Source of the DNA: Eledone cirrhosa
Lineage: Eukaryota
Assembly: GCA_964016885.1 (NCBI GenBank)
Contig: OZ024740.1
Coordinates: 216,008,001-216,072,000, forward strand
Length of the DNA stretch: 64,000 nucleotides
Direction: 5' to 3'
Position 1 is the first letter of the stretch, and every line of letters begins with the position of its first letter. Below the pieces are notes generated by a model. The model saw only the letters and a program-made list of their open reading frames with translations. It was not told the origin of the DNA and did not search any database. A program made the translations under genes and the position numbers. Shown here piece after piece: positions 42,102 to 59,209 of this stretch.

Positions 42102-42805
42102 AGTAACATTTGTTGTTGAGGAAGGTAACATAGTGAGTTAGGTTGATGTTAACTGAACAGGGTGACTGGTGAGGTTACACTGTTGTGGTTGTAACATTTG
42201 TTGTTGAGGAAGGTAACATAGTGAGTTAGGTTATGTTAACTGAACAGGGTGACTGGTGAGGTTACACTGTTGTGGTTGTAACATTTGTTGTTGAGGAAGG
42301 TAACATAGTGAGTTAGGTTGATGTTAACTGAACAGGGTGACTGGTGAGGTTACACTGTTGTGGTTGTAACATTTGTTGTTGAGGAAGGTAACATAGTGAG
42401 TTAGGCTGATGTTAACTGAACAGGGTGACTGGTGAGGTTACACTGTTGTGGTTGTAACATTTGTTGTTGAGGAAGGTAACATAGTGAGTTAGGTTGATGT
42501 TAACTGAACAAGGTGACTGGTGAGGTTACACTGTTGTGGTTGTAACATTTGTTGTTGAGGAAGGTAACATAGTGAGTTAGGTTGATGTTAACTGAACAAG
42601 GTGACTGGTGAGGTTACAATGTTGTGGATGTGACATTGAAATGAGGTTGACTGTTGTGGGTGTGTCACTGAAATAAAGTTGATGTTAGCTGAACAGAGTG
42701 ACTGGTGAGGTTACACTGTTGTGGGTGTGACATTGAAATGAGGTTGATGTTAGTTGAACAGGGTGACTGGTGAGGTTACAATGTTGTGGGTGTGACATTC
42801 AAATG
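42102..42805. repeat. 88-bp tandem repeat (about 6 copies) decaying to shorter units
   Basis: Unit GTAACATTTGTTGTTGAGGAAGG..GGTTACACTGTTGTGGTT. Confidence 0.92.
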
Positions 42806-44280
42806 AAAGACTGCATTGAAGAATTAGAAGAGAGGACATAGTGCTCACTGATACATACAGGTTCTTCCAAAGCAGGTAATAAACCTAAATCAGGTGTAAA
42901 ATATAGACCCCTAAACTAGTAGTAATAGGCTGAAAAATGTGGGTCCCCAAAGCAGGTAATAATAAAAATTTTGGCATGATTCAGTAAAATAACTAACTTT
43001 TTCATTATTGAGCTGATGTTTGGAGCATAACTTAATATTTCTTACATAAAATTATGATGGAAAGTTTTTAGATAAATACAAACATTATAAATAACATTGT
43101 TTTGTAGAACCAAGGATAGTTAGAAGAGGTTAATCTGTTGCTTGGCCTACACAATCCAATACAGAGTTCAAACCCTGTTAACTGATATTTATTAAGCCCC
43201 AAATATTTTTTCTGTCAATCATCACATTAAGAAAGGATGAAAGTGATTGGTTAAGAGGAGTAATGAAAATAAATGTGGAAAAAAGTAGAAAGAGAGGAGT
43301 AAGGCATAGAGATTCTGTAGGAGGAAATGAAAGCTGGTGACTGGGTGTAGAGGATAGGGAAGAATGGAGAAGCTTGTCATGGGACCTTAAAACATTTGTA
43401 TTTTGTGTCATTCAGAGAAACCAAGAATTATTTATTAATAAGTTTATTTCCTTTTCTCTTTATACCATAGAACCAGTGCTTTCTTTACCATTTAAAAAAA
43501 GCTATAGACAGCCCCCCTCCCATAACCATGCACAAACCACCCCTATAGTCATGCCCAATAAATATGGCACACTTTAAAAGGAAGTCCACAGTATTCCAAA
43601 AACAATGAATACTAGAATCCCTGTATCAAAGTGAACTTTTGGAAACACAGCCGAATGTCTGTGTAAATATACACTGTACCTACTGACAAGTGTTATTCCC
43701 TACCCACCTTCTCCTTCTCTCATACACAGGAAAAAGGTGGAGACGGGTAAGAACCAATTCTTTAGGGATAAATATCAATTAGAGAAAATTATTTTAGAGG
43801 CTTGTATTTATTTAAGGAAAAGTCAGGCAACTGACAAATATTTTGGTGAAAACAAATTGTTGAGCAAGGAGTAAGTTGAAAGGTAGTTTGTAAATAAAGA
43901 ATGCTATCTTAAACTGGGGTACATATACATATGATAAGGATCATCTTTGTAAAATGTCCTCTCTGCTTGTGTTGCTAGCAGCATGTTGCCAAGAACATTT
44001 AGACTAAATAATAACAGACCATTAGCCAACACTACTCATATGATACTAGCAAATTGTATACTAATACAAACATACACATGTCTACACATATACATATATA
44101 TGTGTATATTAGTAGAAACATACACATATCTACACACATACATATATATATAGACAGTAGAAAGTAAATACTTTAATACACAAACACTAAATTAATAAAA
44201 GATATTTACATTATGAAAGAAAAACTTATTAAAGATAGGAAGAAATGTATGATGATGATGATGCTATATATATGTATATG

Positions 44281-44351
<71 letters not shown>

Positions 44352-44365
44352 GTATATATATGTAC

Positions 44366-44397
<32 letters not shown>

Positions 44398-44711
44398 ATC
44401 TATACATACATACACAAAATGTTTATGTAGGCACATATTTACACATAGATACGACCCTATTTATTAAATATGTGTACACATATACATGTGTGTGCATGCG
44501 TGGGCATGTGTTTAAGAGTGTAAACAAATGTGATAGAAGGCATAAAGTCCTTGCATGCTTAAGAGGAAGAGACACAAAGAAACCTGTGTGTACATATATA
44601 TATATACTTACACGAACACACATATATATACATATATAAATACATGTATATACATATGCATACATATATACACACATATATATATATATATGTATATACA
44701 TATATATAAAT

Positions 44712-45420
44712 ATTTACAGTATGGACTGGGCACCTTTTATTGTGTTGCCATCATAACCACTTTACAGAGTGGACTGGGCGCTTTCTGTGAGTCACCAACA
44801 CAACCTCATTACAGGTTGACTGTTTCTGTCATGTCACCATCACAACTGGTGGACTGGGTGTTTATAGTTGTGTCCCATACATGATCATTCTACAGGGTGT
44901 ACTGTGTGCTCTTTGTCATGTCACCAGCATGACTACCTTACAGGGCTGACTGGGTGCTCTTTGTCCAGTCACAAACCCAACTACACAGAACTGACTGGGG
45001 ACCCTTCTGTTGTGCCACCAACACAATCATTTTACAGGATTGACTGGGTGCCTCTTATCATGTGACCAGCATGACCATCCTACAGGGTGGATTGGGTGCT
45101 TAATTGTCATGTCACCAGCATGACTGCTTTGCAGGGAAGGCTAGGGGTTCTTTTGTCTTGTTAGCTTAAAGGGAGGACTAAGTGCTCTTTTATTATGTTA
45201 GCTTACAGGGAGGGCTAGGTGCTCATTTGTCATGTTAGCTTAAATGGAGGGCTACGTACTCTTTTGTCATGACACCAACATGGACACCTAACAAGATGGA
45301 CTAGGGGCTTTTGTTGTGTCACCAGTATGATCATCTTACAGGGTGGACTGAGAACTTTTAGCCATTTCAGCAGCATTGTGGGAGAGTGTAGTCAGCTTTT
45401 CATACTTGTATGCATGGGTT
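44712..45420 (-). repeat. old degenerate ~47-bp array related to the 9721 minisatellite
   Basis: Periodic TTTACAG..GGACTGGGTGCT..TTGTCATGTCACC. Confidence 0.7.
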
Positions 45421-45629
45421 GGTCAAGAGAGGTGTATCAGATATGGAATGTGGGGTGTATGTAGAGTGGGGATTGGATAGGTAGGTCTAGGTGAGGTACT
45501 TAGCTAGTGAGTAGGGGAGGGTTAAGACAGGGGAGGAGTATGGAAGGGGGAAGGGGAGAAGGGGTGCATACTATAGACCACTAGGTGTTGTTTCATCCTG
45601 TTCACAAGGGAAGGTGGGTCTTCTGTATT

Positions 45630-45832
45630 ACTGCATAACACCAGAGATCTCAATCCTGTGTCATTGCCTTTGAGACGTGCAATTGTGTGAGGTCTACTTC
45701 TATCACCTCATCCCAAGATTTCCTAGGTCTTCCGCTTCCCTAGCCTCTATCAACTTTGAACGCCCTGCACCTTTTTATACAGCTGCCATCCTTCATAAGC
45801 ATCACATGTCCACACCACTGCAATCTATTCCC
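45630..45832 (-). mobile_element. RTE LINE 3' fragment
   Basis: Minus RLQWCGHVMLMKDGSCIKRCR..GRPRK. Confidence 0.7.
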
Positions 45833-45849
45833 AGTTTACTCTAGTTTAT

Positions 45850-46700
45850 CATAGTTCTTCAGGCCATAAGAGAAGTTTAAAACTGGCTGTCCATGGGAGC
45901 ATCTGTATACTGATGACTTAGTTCTTATAATCTATGGAAGATTTAGAGAAGAAATTCCAGTTGTGGAATCAAAAGGGTTCAGAGCAAACTTAACAGAGAC
46001 CAATGTTTAACTAAGTAGAAAAGAAAATGGGACATTTATACCACCTGGAAAAAAAAACCATGCTGGATATACAGAAGGAAGGAGGTAGGAATTCTATATC
46101 ATGTATTCAATATAAAACATGGGTACATCATCATCTTCGTTTAACACAAGAAGTATTAGTGGAATCACAGACAGGTTAACAGAGAGAGTAAATTTTTGTA
46201 GGTGGGAGATGCAAAACAATAGCTAGTAGTAAGAACATCAACAAAATAAACATTTTTCAATACCAGAAATGTTCCATAGAAGTAGTTGATAGCTTCTTTT
46301 ATTTAGGTGACCTAATCAGCTGTGGAGGAAGTTGCTCTGAAAGCTTCATAACTAGAATAAGAACAGGGTGGAATTCAAGGAGCTGCTACCTCTGTTGACT
46401 ATAAAGAAATGTTCTCTTCAAATGAAGGCTGGATTGTTTGATGCCTACATGCGAAGTGCCATGTTGCATGGCAGTAAGACATGGATAGTGAATACGGAAG
46501 CTATACAAAAGCTGGACAGAAACAAATCAGGTATGCTCTGTTGGATGTGTAACATTAGTATGAATGATATAGAACAAATGAGCAGAAAGAAAAACTGGGC
46601 ATAAGAGGAATCAGATGCAGTATACAAGATAAAAGATTGCACTGCTCTAGATATGTGATACATATGGATTAGGATCGTAGGGTGAAGGAGCATCAAATAT
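45850..46700 (+). mobile_element. RTE LINE reverse-transcriptase fragment
   Basis: FKTGCPWEHLYTDDLVLI (YADD-like); FFYLGD; FKELLPLL..AMLHGSKTW. Confidence 0.85.
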
Positions 46701-48239
46701 TCCCAGTGGAGGTGATATATGTCTGAGATAATAAAATTCTATTCCTTGTTTTATATGTCTGTAATGAATTGTTATAGCTGGATTTGGCTGGGGGTTTTTA
46801 GTAACCCTACACCCAGTCTTATCAAAATTAATTTGGAGATTTACTTCTTTTGTATTTGTAATATAGGTTAGAAAATATTTGATCACCAATAGAGAACCCA
46901 ATACTATTTTCTTCCTCAATTCCTAAGATAACAACAGCCAGTATTATACAGAAAAGAATAACTGACAAAAGATACCCTTGATTAACACTTTTCATATAAA
47001 TGTACTTGTGCCAAATTCTATTTTAATAGCAACTTGTGAATTATAATTTGTAGATTTAAGGATGGTTATGTAATGCTTTTAGACAGGGCTGCTTTTTTTT
47101 ACTTTCCAAAGAGACAAGAAATGTACACTGTCAACTGTTCTGATAAATTGGATTGCTGAATTCAATTGAGTTTTATATAATTTTTTGCAGGGAAAATATT
47201 TGTTCCTCTTGCAAGTTGGTAGACAGCCTGAGAACAATGAAAGTAGAGGTAATTGTTTCCACATACCATAATAAAGGTAATGAATAAGTTGTTAGTTTGA
47301 CTTAAAAAGCTTATTAATCTATAGTTTTTATATTTGGATCTAACATACCTTTTGAAAATTACATTAATGAGTGTTCTTTTACAAGAGAAGATGATATGTC
47401 ACCAGATGTCAGTATGTTGTTAAAATTTTGCATAGAATATTTGTGGTGGATGAACGCAAGCAAATGCAAGCCAGAATCCAGCCACCAACCTCTGAGACAC
47501 ATACTGCACAAGACAAATTCAAATACATTCTTAAAAATGATACCCCAACCCTCCAAACAAAACAGCAGCCAACGTTCACCAATTACTGGTATGGTGGCAA
47601 TGGATGTCATCAGGCTGCAGCCGTCTTATTACATAGTTTCTATATTATTCTTCAGTGACTACTACCCTATTACATAAATGGCATTACACACAATATAACT
47701 ATCAGAAATATTCTCCATCCTATGTCCCCAACACAATCTGATACATTGAAAAACATCAAATGGACATGGTCAACTTCCGGTACCTGAACCAACCAAACTG
47801 AAAGTCTGCAATTACACATGAACCCACACATTGTGAAACTATGTATGACCTTGATCTTGGTAGATAAATATACAGGAGGTACTGATGAAGACAATAGTAC
47901 TCAGTGTTAATGGGAAAGGGTTAAAGCTGTGATAATGGCATCTTTAACACAACAGAGAGATATGATGTGATACAACTGTGTTTCACAATATTTCTGTTGG
48001 ATCTCACAATCAAAGTTAGCCAGTTGGTTACAGCAAACATCACAGTGACCAAGGCAACAACCACCACCACCAATACCATGTGTGTGTGTGTGTGTGTGAG
48101 GAGTTTGTTAGTAGTGTGTGTTGGTGACTCACTGTTTACATTGGCGCTAACACACAAACTACAGCAAATGGTAGGGTGGGTGGTGGTATTTGTAAACAAT
48201 GACTCATGCCAAGCACATTGAACAAAAGACACCTTGAGC

Positions 48240-49120
48240 TACAACAACAACAGTAAACAAATTCTCCATCAATACTAACACTATCACGAATAACAACAAC
48301 AACAATAATAATAATAATAATAATAATAAAAACAATAATGATGGTGATGATGATAAATAAATAAATAATAATAACAACAACAACAACAAGAGAAAAAATA
48401 AGAACAGCAGTAGCAACAACAACAATGTGAGGAAAAGAGTAAGAAGAAGAACTGCTGGAAAAACAAAACTGTGGAAAAGCAGGAATAAAACAACAATAAG
48501 AACAAGAACAACATTTAAAAAAATTAATAAATAACAGCCACAAATAATATAATCATCATCACCATCAACATCACTATCCTCACCATCATCATCACCATCA
48601 ACATCACTATCCCAACCACCAACATTATCCCCACCACCACCATCATCATCAACAATAACACTATCCCCACCACCATCATCAACAACACTATCCCCACCAC
48701 CACCACCATCATCATCAACAACACTATCCCCCACCACCACCATCATCATCAACAACACTATCCCCACCACCACCACCATCATCATCAACAACACTATCCC
48801 CACCACCACCACCATCATCATCAACACTATCCCCACCACCACCACCACCATCATCATCAACAACACTACCCCCACCACCACCATCATCATCATCAACAAC
48901 ACTACCCACACTACCATCATCATCAACACAATCCCCACCACCATCATCATCATCAACAACACTATCCCCACCACCACCACCATCATCATCATCATCCTCA
49001 TTACCATCATCATCATCATCTTCATCGTTATCATTATCACCATCACAACCATAATCCTCATTACAACCATCATCACCATCACCATCACCATCATCTCCAA
49101 ACCCCATCATCATCATCATG
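48240..49120. repeat. (AAC/AAT/CAT/CAC)n low-complexity tract
   Basis: Direct inspection. Confidence 0.9.
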
Positions 49121-49144
49121 TTGCTTTTGTCCTAATATCCCAAC

Positions 49145-50020
49145 AGTTGTTGTTGTCCCTACAGAAGTTGTTGGTGTTGTTGTTGTTGCTGTCCCTACAG
49201 AAGTTGTTGGTGTTGTTGTTGTTGTTGTCCCTACAGAAGTTGTTGTTGTTGTTGTTGTTGTTGTCCCTACAGAAGTTGTTGGTGTTGTTGTTGTTGTTGT
49301 CCCTACAGAAGTTGTTGTTGTTGTTGTTGTTGTCCCTACAGAAGTTGTTGGTGTTGTTGTTGTTGTTGTCCCTACAGAAGTTGTTGGTGTTGTTGTTGTT
49401 GCTGTCCCTACAGAAGTTGTTGGTGTTGTTGTTGTTGTTGTCCCTACAGAAGTTGTTGGTGTTGTTGTTGTTGTTGTCCCTACAGAAGTTGTTGGTGTTG
49501 TTGTTGTTGTTGTCCCTACAGAAGTTGTTGGTGTTGTTGTTGTTGTTGTCCCTACAGAAGTTGTTGGTGTTGTTGTTGTTGTTGTCCCTACAGAAGTTGT
49601 TGGTGTTGTTGTTGTTGCTGTCCCTACAGAAGTTGTTGGTGTTGTTGTTGTTGTTGTCCCTACAGAAGTTGTTGGTGTTGTTGTTGTTGCTGTCCCTACA
49701 GAAGTTGTTGGTGTTGTTGTTGTTGTTGTCCCTACAGAAGTTGTTGGTGTTGTTGTTGTTGCTGTCCCTACAGAAGTTGTTGTTGTTGTTGCTGTCCCTA
49801 CAGAAGTTGTTGGTGTTGTTGTTGTTGCTGTCCCTACAGAAGTTGTTGGTGTTGTTGTTGTTGCTGTCCCTACAGAAGTTGTTGGTGTTGTTGCTGTTCC
49901 AACAGAGGTTGTTGTTGTTGTTATTGTTGTTGCTGTCCCCACAGAAGTTGTTGTTGTTGTTGTTGTCCCTACAGAAGTTTTTGGTGTTGTTGCTGTTCCA
50001 GCAGAGGTTGTTGTTCTTGT
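49145..50020. repeat. 33-bp minisatellite
   Basis: Unit GTCCCTACAGAAGTTGTTGGTGTTGTTGTTGTT. Confidence 0.95.
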
Positions 50021-50129
50021 TGAAACTCCCCCAAAATCTTCCAATGGAATTGAGATGGTTGAGAGGACTCGACCACGGGATCTGTGCGCTGATAAGTCAG
50101 TGAGGGTGGGGGGAGGGGGTTGTAACCGA

Positions 50130-50323
50130 CTGTACATCAGTGGGGGGGGGGTGTAACTGACACTGTACCTCAGTGGGGGAGTGGTGCTGTGTATAAGACA
50201 CTGTACCTCAGTGGGGGTGTGGTGCTGTGTATAAAACACTGTACCTCAGTGGGGGAGTGGTGCTGTGTATAAGACACTGTACCTCAGTGGGGGAGTGGTG
50301 CTGTGTATAAGACACTGTACCTC
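50130..50323. repeat. 39-bp tandem repeat
   Basis: Unit ACACTGTACCTCAGTGGGGGAGTGGTGCTGTGTATAAG, about 4.5 copies. Confidence 0.9.
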
Positions 50324-50386
50324 CAGCAAGTTTATTAGAGCAGTTTGCATTCTATTCAGCATATGGTTTTTATGTAGAATATGATT
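50321..50386 (-). CDS. candidate 66-bp phase-0 exon (NHILHKNHMLNRMQTALINLLE)
   Basis: Unique island between repeats; TACAG| acceptor, GAG|GTACAG donor; only one open frame; weak pyrimidine tract. Confidence 0.25.
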
Positions 50387-50399
50387 CTGTATTTGAACC

Positions 50400-54190
<3,791 letters not shown>

Positions 54191-54241
54191 AAAGAGAGGA
54201 AATTGTAGGACATAAGAAAGGAAGGAAGTTAAGGTGTTTAA

Positions 54242-54378
54242 CTGGTACTTTATTTTAACGACCCCGTAAGGATGAAAGGCAAAGTTAACCTCGGTCGGAT
54301 TTGAACTCATAGCATAAAGGGCCGTAACTCTTTGCTGCAAGGCATGGCGTCCGACCCTCTGCCAATACTGCCAATCCA
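54242..54378 (-). mobile_element. Meta-like tRNA SINE, 3' truncated
   Basis: A/B boxes and core. Confidence 0.8.
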
Positions 54379-54403
54379 ATGACCATATATATATATGATG
54401 ACC

Positions 54404-54456
<53 letters not shown>

Positions 54457-54791
54457 CTGGCAGGAAGGTATACGTTGCTGACGATAGCTAATAAGCTTGA
54501 AACTAGTACAGCATTCCTTTGTCAGTGTTGAACAAACGAGCAACAATGGTTGCTCGACACTACGGCTTAATGCGGGATGTTTGTTTACAAACGCACTGAG
54601 CATTATAATAAATGTTCGGTGAATCCATACGTACATATATATATGTGTGCATGTATGTGTATATATATACATACTACTGTGCGTTTGTATACATATATGT
54701 ATGTACGTGTACATACTTATATTTAAGTGACGGCCGTACTAAGAGTGGGAAATGAAATTTCATTTCATTTTTTCCGTTTATATATATATGA

Positions 54792-54847
<56 letters not shown>

Positions 54848-55010
54848 CCATATATATATATATAAGGATTAAAATACTGGAGCGTGTTGGAGTTAAACAC
54901 CCTCTTCGTATTATAGAAATGACAGTAAAAGGTATAGCTCAATGTAATTAAACAGAGCCGAAGAATTATGAAAGTAAAACAAAGAAGCCTTCAATACATC
55001 AAAAGTTTTA

Positions 55011-55056
55011 ATTAGCCAACAATGTTTCGTCCTATTAAGGACTCATCAGGGCAATT
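55011..55056 (-). ncRNA. minimal type I hammerhead ribozyme
   Basis: Exact reverse complement of the 55191 motif. Confidence 0.75.
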
Positions 55057-55190
55057 AAAACAACAAGAAGTATTATCGGCCAATACAAGCCGAAAACTCC
55101 GAAGAATATGGAGTGTACATACACTAAAGTATTGCAAGATTATGGGTAAAAATACATATTGTATTGGCCGATAACACTTCTTGTTGTTTT

Positions 55191-55236
55191 AATTGCCCTG
55201 ATGAGTCCTTAATAGGACGAAACATTGTTGGCTAAT
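55191..55236 (+). ncRNA. minimal type I hammerhead ribozyme
   Basis: Stem I ATTGCC/GGC(T)AAT; core CTGATGA; stem II GTCCT-TAAT-AGGAC; GAAA; stem III AC-ATT-GT; cleavage triplet GUU (predicted cut after 55229). Confidence 0.75.
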
Positions 55237-55696
55237 AAAGACTTTTGATGTATTGAAGGCTTCTTTGTTTTACTTTCATAATATATATATATATATATAT
55301 ATATATGACCGTATATGATGATGAAGGGAACAACAACCAAAACATCAGAAAAAATGAATGTAATCTCAACAACCACTTTTCTTAAAACAATGTTATATGT
55401 GTGTGTGTGTGTGTGGGTGTGATGCATGCATATGTGGTGTGAGTGTGGTGTATATATGGTGGGTGTGTGAGTGTGATGCATGTATGTGTGCACATGTGTG
55501 TATAATTATTTCTTGGGACACACCATTTCGGAGCCTTTCAGCAACATACATACACACATACACTCTCAAATATAAAACATATATCTATATCTATATATAT
55601 ATATAAATATAACCCATGCTAGCGAGGAAATATGGACGTAAAACTGTGATGATGATGATGACACACACACATACATATGTAATGGCATTATATGTC

Positions 55697-56213
55697 TCGC
55701 CAAGGTTAACTTTGCCTTTCATCCTTACGGGGTCGATAAAATAAAGTACCAGTAATGCACTGGGTGTTTGCTGGCCTTGTGCCAAAAGTAGAAACAATTA
55801 TGTCTGTGGATTGGCAGTATCGGCAGAGGGTCGGGCGCGATGCTTTGACGCATAGAGTTACGGCCCTTGCCATTCTGAGTTCAAATCCCGCCGAGGTTAA
55901 CTTTGCCTTTCATCCTTATGGGGTCGATAAAATAAAGTACCGGTAATGTACTGGGTAATTTCTGGCCTTGTGCCAAAAGTAGAAACAATTATATGTCTGT
56001 GTGATATTATATATCTGTTGGATTGGCAGTATCGGTAGAGAGTCGGACGCCATGCTTTCCAGCATAGTTACGTCCCTTTACGGTCTGAGTTCAAATCCCG
56101 CCGAGGTTGACTTTGCCTTTCATCGTTACTTCATCGTTACGGGGTCGATAAAATAAAGTACCAGTAATGTACTGGGTAATTGCTGGCCTTGTGCCAAAAA
56201 AGTAGAAACAATT
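55697..56213 (+). mobile_element. three tandem Meta-like SINE copies (first 5' truncated)
   Basis: Repeated GGATTGGCAGTATCGG..GAGTTCAAATCCCGCCGAGG..GTAGAAACAATTA. Confidence 0.88.
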
Positions 56214-56336
56214 ATATATCTGTGTGATCATCAATATTTTTATGTTCACCTTTCCATGCCAGAGTGGAAAAGTATTTGATGAGAGTGGGTCTCCTTCAAG
56301 ACATCAACTCTTTTACTCACCTTTTACAATATGCAA

Positions 56337-56505
56337 AGGCAATAAATTGGCAGAGCTGTTTATAACGCCAGAAAGAATACTTTGCGGTATTCATTCTGGC
56401 TCGCTGGTCTCCGAGTTCAAATTCCACCAAGGTCTACTTTACCCTTCATCCATTTAAGGTTGATAAAAAATTACCAACCTAGTACTGGGGGTTGATTCTT
56501 CCTCT
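56337..56505 (+). mobile_element. older related SINE
   Basis: TTGGCAGAG..GAGTTCAAATTCCACCAAGGTCTACTTTACCCTTCATCC. Confidence 0.55.
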
Positions 56506-56756
56506 ATACCACTTTCTCACTTCTTTTCTCTCACTCTCACTCTCACTTCCTTTCTTTCACTCTCTTCTTCTCTGGAAGAAATCTACTGTATTCAGACCTG
56601 GAGAGGAAATGGGCTCTGCCAGGTTTAAGAATTCCCTAGAAACGCCATATGTGAATAGGGGACCCCTATGACTACCCCAGGAGTTATGGGGTCTCTAAGA
56701 CTCTTAGGCAATAAGCAGAGATATGGTCTACCTATCCTTACAGGTATCCTACAGGG

Positions 56757-57648
56757 ATATACATACATAAACACATACAACTATATATATATTTATACAT
56801 ACATAAACACATACACACACACATATCTATACATACATAAACACATACACACACACATATCTATACATACAGAAACACATACACACACACATATCTATAC
56901 ATACAGAAACACATACACACACACACATATCTATACATACATAAACACATACATATATCTATACATACATAAACACATACACACACATATCTATACATAC
57001 ATAAACACATACACATATCTATACATACATACACACACACATATCTATACATACATAAACACATACACACACATATCTATACATACAGAAACACATACAC
57101 ACACACATATCTATACATACAGAAACACATACACACACACACATATCTATACATACAGAAACACACACCCATATCTATACATACAGAAACACACACACAT
57201 ATCTATACATACAGAAACACATACACACACACACATATCTATACATACATACACACACACACATATCTATACATACATATATCTATACATACATAAACAC
57301 ATACACACACATATCTATACATACATAAACACATACACACACACATATCTATATATACATAAACACATACACACACACATCTATACATACATAAACACAT
57401 ACACACACACATATCTATACATACAGAAACACATACACACACACACACATATCTATACATACATAAACACATACACACACACATATCTATACATACAGAA
57501 ACACATACACACACACACATATCTATACATACATAAACACACACACATATCTATACATACATATACACATACACACAGACATATTTATACATACATAAAC
57601 ACATACACATACATATACATACATAAACACATACACACACACATATAT
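56757..57648. repeat. CA/TA-derived ~28-bp compound repeat
   Basis: ACATACACACACACATATCTATACATACA(T/G)AA units. Confidence 0.9.
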
Positions 57649-57758
57649 CGTCATCATTTTACATCCTCCTTCTATGCTAATATAAGAGAAAGAATGGTGT
57701 TTGACAAAGACAGCTGAAATGGTTAACCACAGAGAGAGTGATGTTGTTATTGCTGTTG

Positions 57759-57792
<34 letters not shown>

Positions 57793-57959
57793 CTGCTGAA
57801 GCTACCACCACCACTACTACTATTACTACTACTACCACAAATGGATGTAGCAGAGGTAGTAAACCAATGCAACACTCGCACCGACACAACACACAAGGTA
57901 ATGTTTTAATTAATAATTTGCCACTGGAATAACAGTGGCTAAAACCTTGAATAAACACT

Positions 57960-59131
57960 TCAACCAGACTTTCTACCTCTGTTTTAGAGAACGACCATGT
58001 CAATGTTAAAGCAAACTTTCCACCTCTGTTTTAGAGAACAACCATGTGAATGTTAAAGCAGACTTTCCACCTCTGTTTTAGAGAACGACCATGTGAATGT
58101 TAAAGCAGACTTTCCACCTCTGTTTTAGAGAACGACCATGTGAATGTTAAAGCAGACTTTCCACCTCTGTTTTAGAGAACGACCATGTGAATGTTAAAGC
58201 AGACTTTCCACCTCTGTTTTAGAGAACGACCATGTGAATGTTAAAGCAGACTTTCCACCTCTGTTTTAGAGAACGACCATGTGAATGTTAAAGCAGACTT
58301 TCTACCTCTGTTTTAGAGAACGACCATGTGAATGTTAAAGCAGACTTTCCACCTCTGTTTTAGAGAACGACCATGTCAATGTTAAAGCAGACTTTCCACC
58401 TCTCTTTTAGAGAACGACCATGTGAATGTTAAAGCAGACTTTCCACCTCTGTTTTAGAGAACGACCATGTGAATGTTAAAGCAGACTTTCTACCTCTGTT
58501 TTAGAGAACGACCATGTGAATGTTAAAGCAGACTTTCCACCTCTGTTTTAGAGAACGACCATGTGAATGTTAAAGCAGACTTTCCACCTCTGTTTTAGAG
58601 AACGACCATGTGAATGTTAAAGCAGACTTTCCACCTCTGTTTTAGAGAACGACCATGTGAATGTTAAAGCAGACTTTCCACCTCTGTTTTAGAGAACGAC
58701 CATGTGAATGTTAAAGCAGACTTTCCACCTCTGTTTTAGAGAACGACCATGTGAATGTTAAAGCAGACTTTCCACCTCTGTTTTAGAGAACGACCATGTG
58801 AATGTTAAAGCAGACTTTCCACCTCTGTTTTAGAGAACGACCATGTGAATGTTAAAGCAGACTTTCCACCTCTGTTTTAGAGAACGACCATGTGAATGTT
58901 AAAGCAGACTTTCCACCTCTGTTTTAGAGAACGACCATGTGAATGTTAAAGCAGACTTTCCACCTCTGTTTTAGAGAACGACCATGTGAATGTTAAAGCA
59001 GACTTTCTACCTCTGTTTTAGAGAACGACCATGTGAATGTTAAAGCAGACTTTCTACCTCTGTTTTAGAGAACGACCATGTGAAAGTTCAACCAGACTTT
59101 CTACCTCTGTTTTAGAGAACGTCTATGTGAA
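57960..59131. repeat. 47-bp minisatellite, about 25 nearly identical copies
   Basis: Unit AATGTTAAAGCAGACTTTCCACCTCTGTTTTAGAGAACGACCATGTG. Confidence 0.97.
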
Positions 59132-59209
59132 ATAAGGTGGAAACTGATATGTGTATATACTAGAACAACAAAATTAATAGAGCAATCAACAACACTAGTT
59201 TTATACTAT

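Noticed and set aside
47340-47925. Unique region ending in AAAGGG-TTAA, considered as a piggyBac transposase or host exon
   Set aside because: No recognisable protein motif in any frame and no partner TIR found
49091-50239. Thr-rich mucin-like ORF
   Set aside because: Almost entirely a 33-bp repeat; no real start; phase does not fit the neighbouring candidate exon
55805-55890. tRNA-like A and B boxes
   Set aside because: No cloverleaf; this is the head of a repeated SINE
57960-59131. GTTTTAGAG in each unit resembles the start of a type II CRISPR repeat
   Set aside because: Units are contiguous and near-identical with no unique spacers; no cas genes; eukaryotic context
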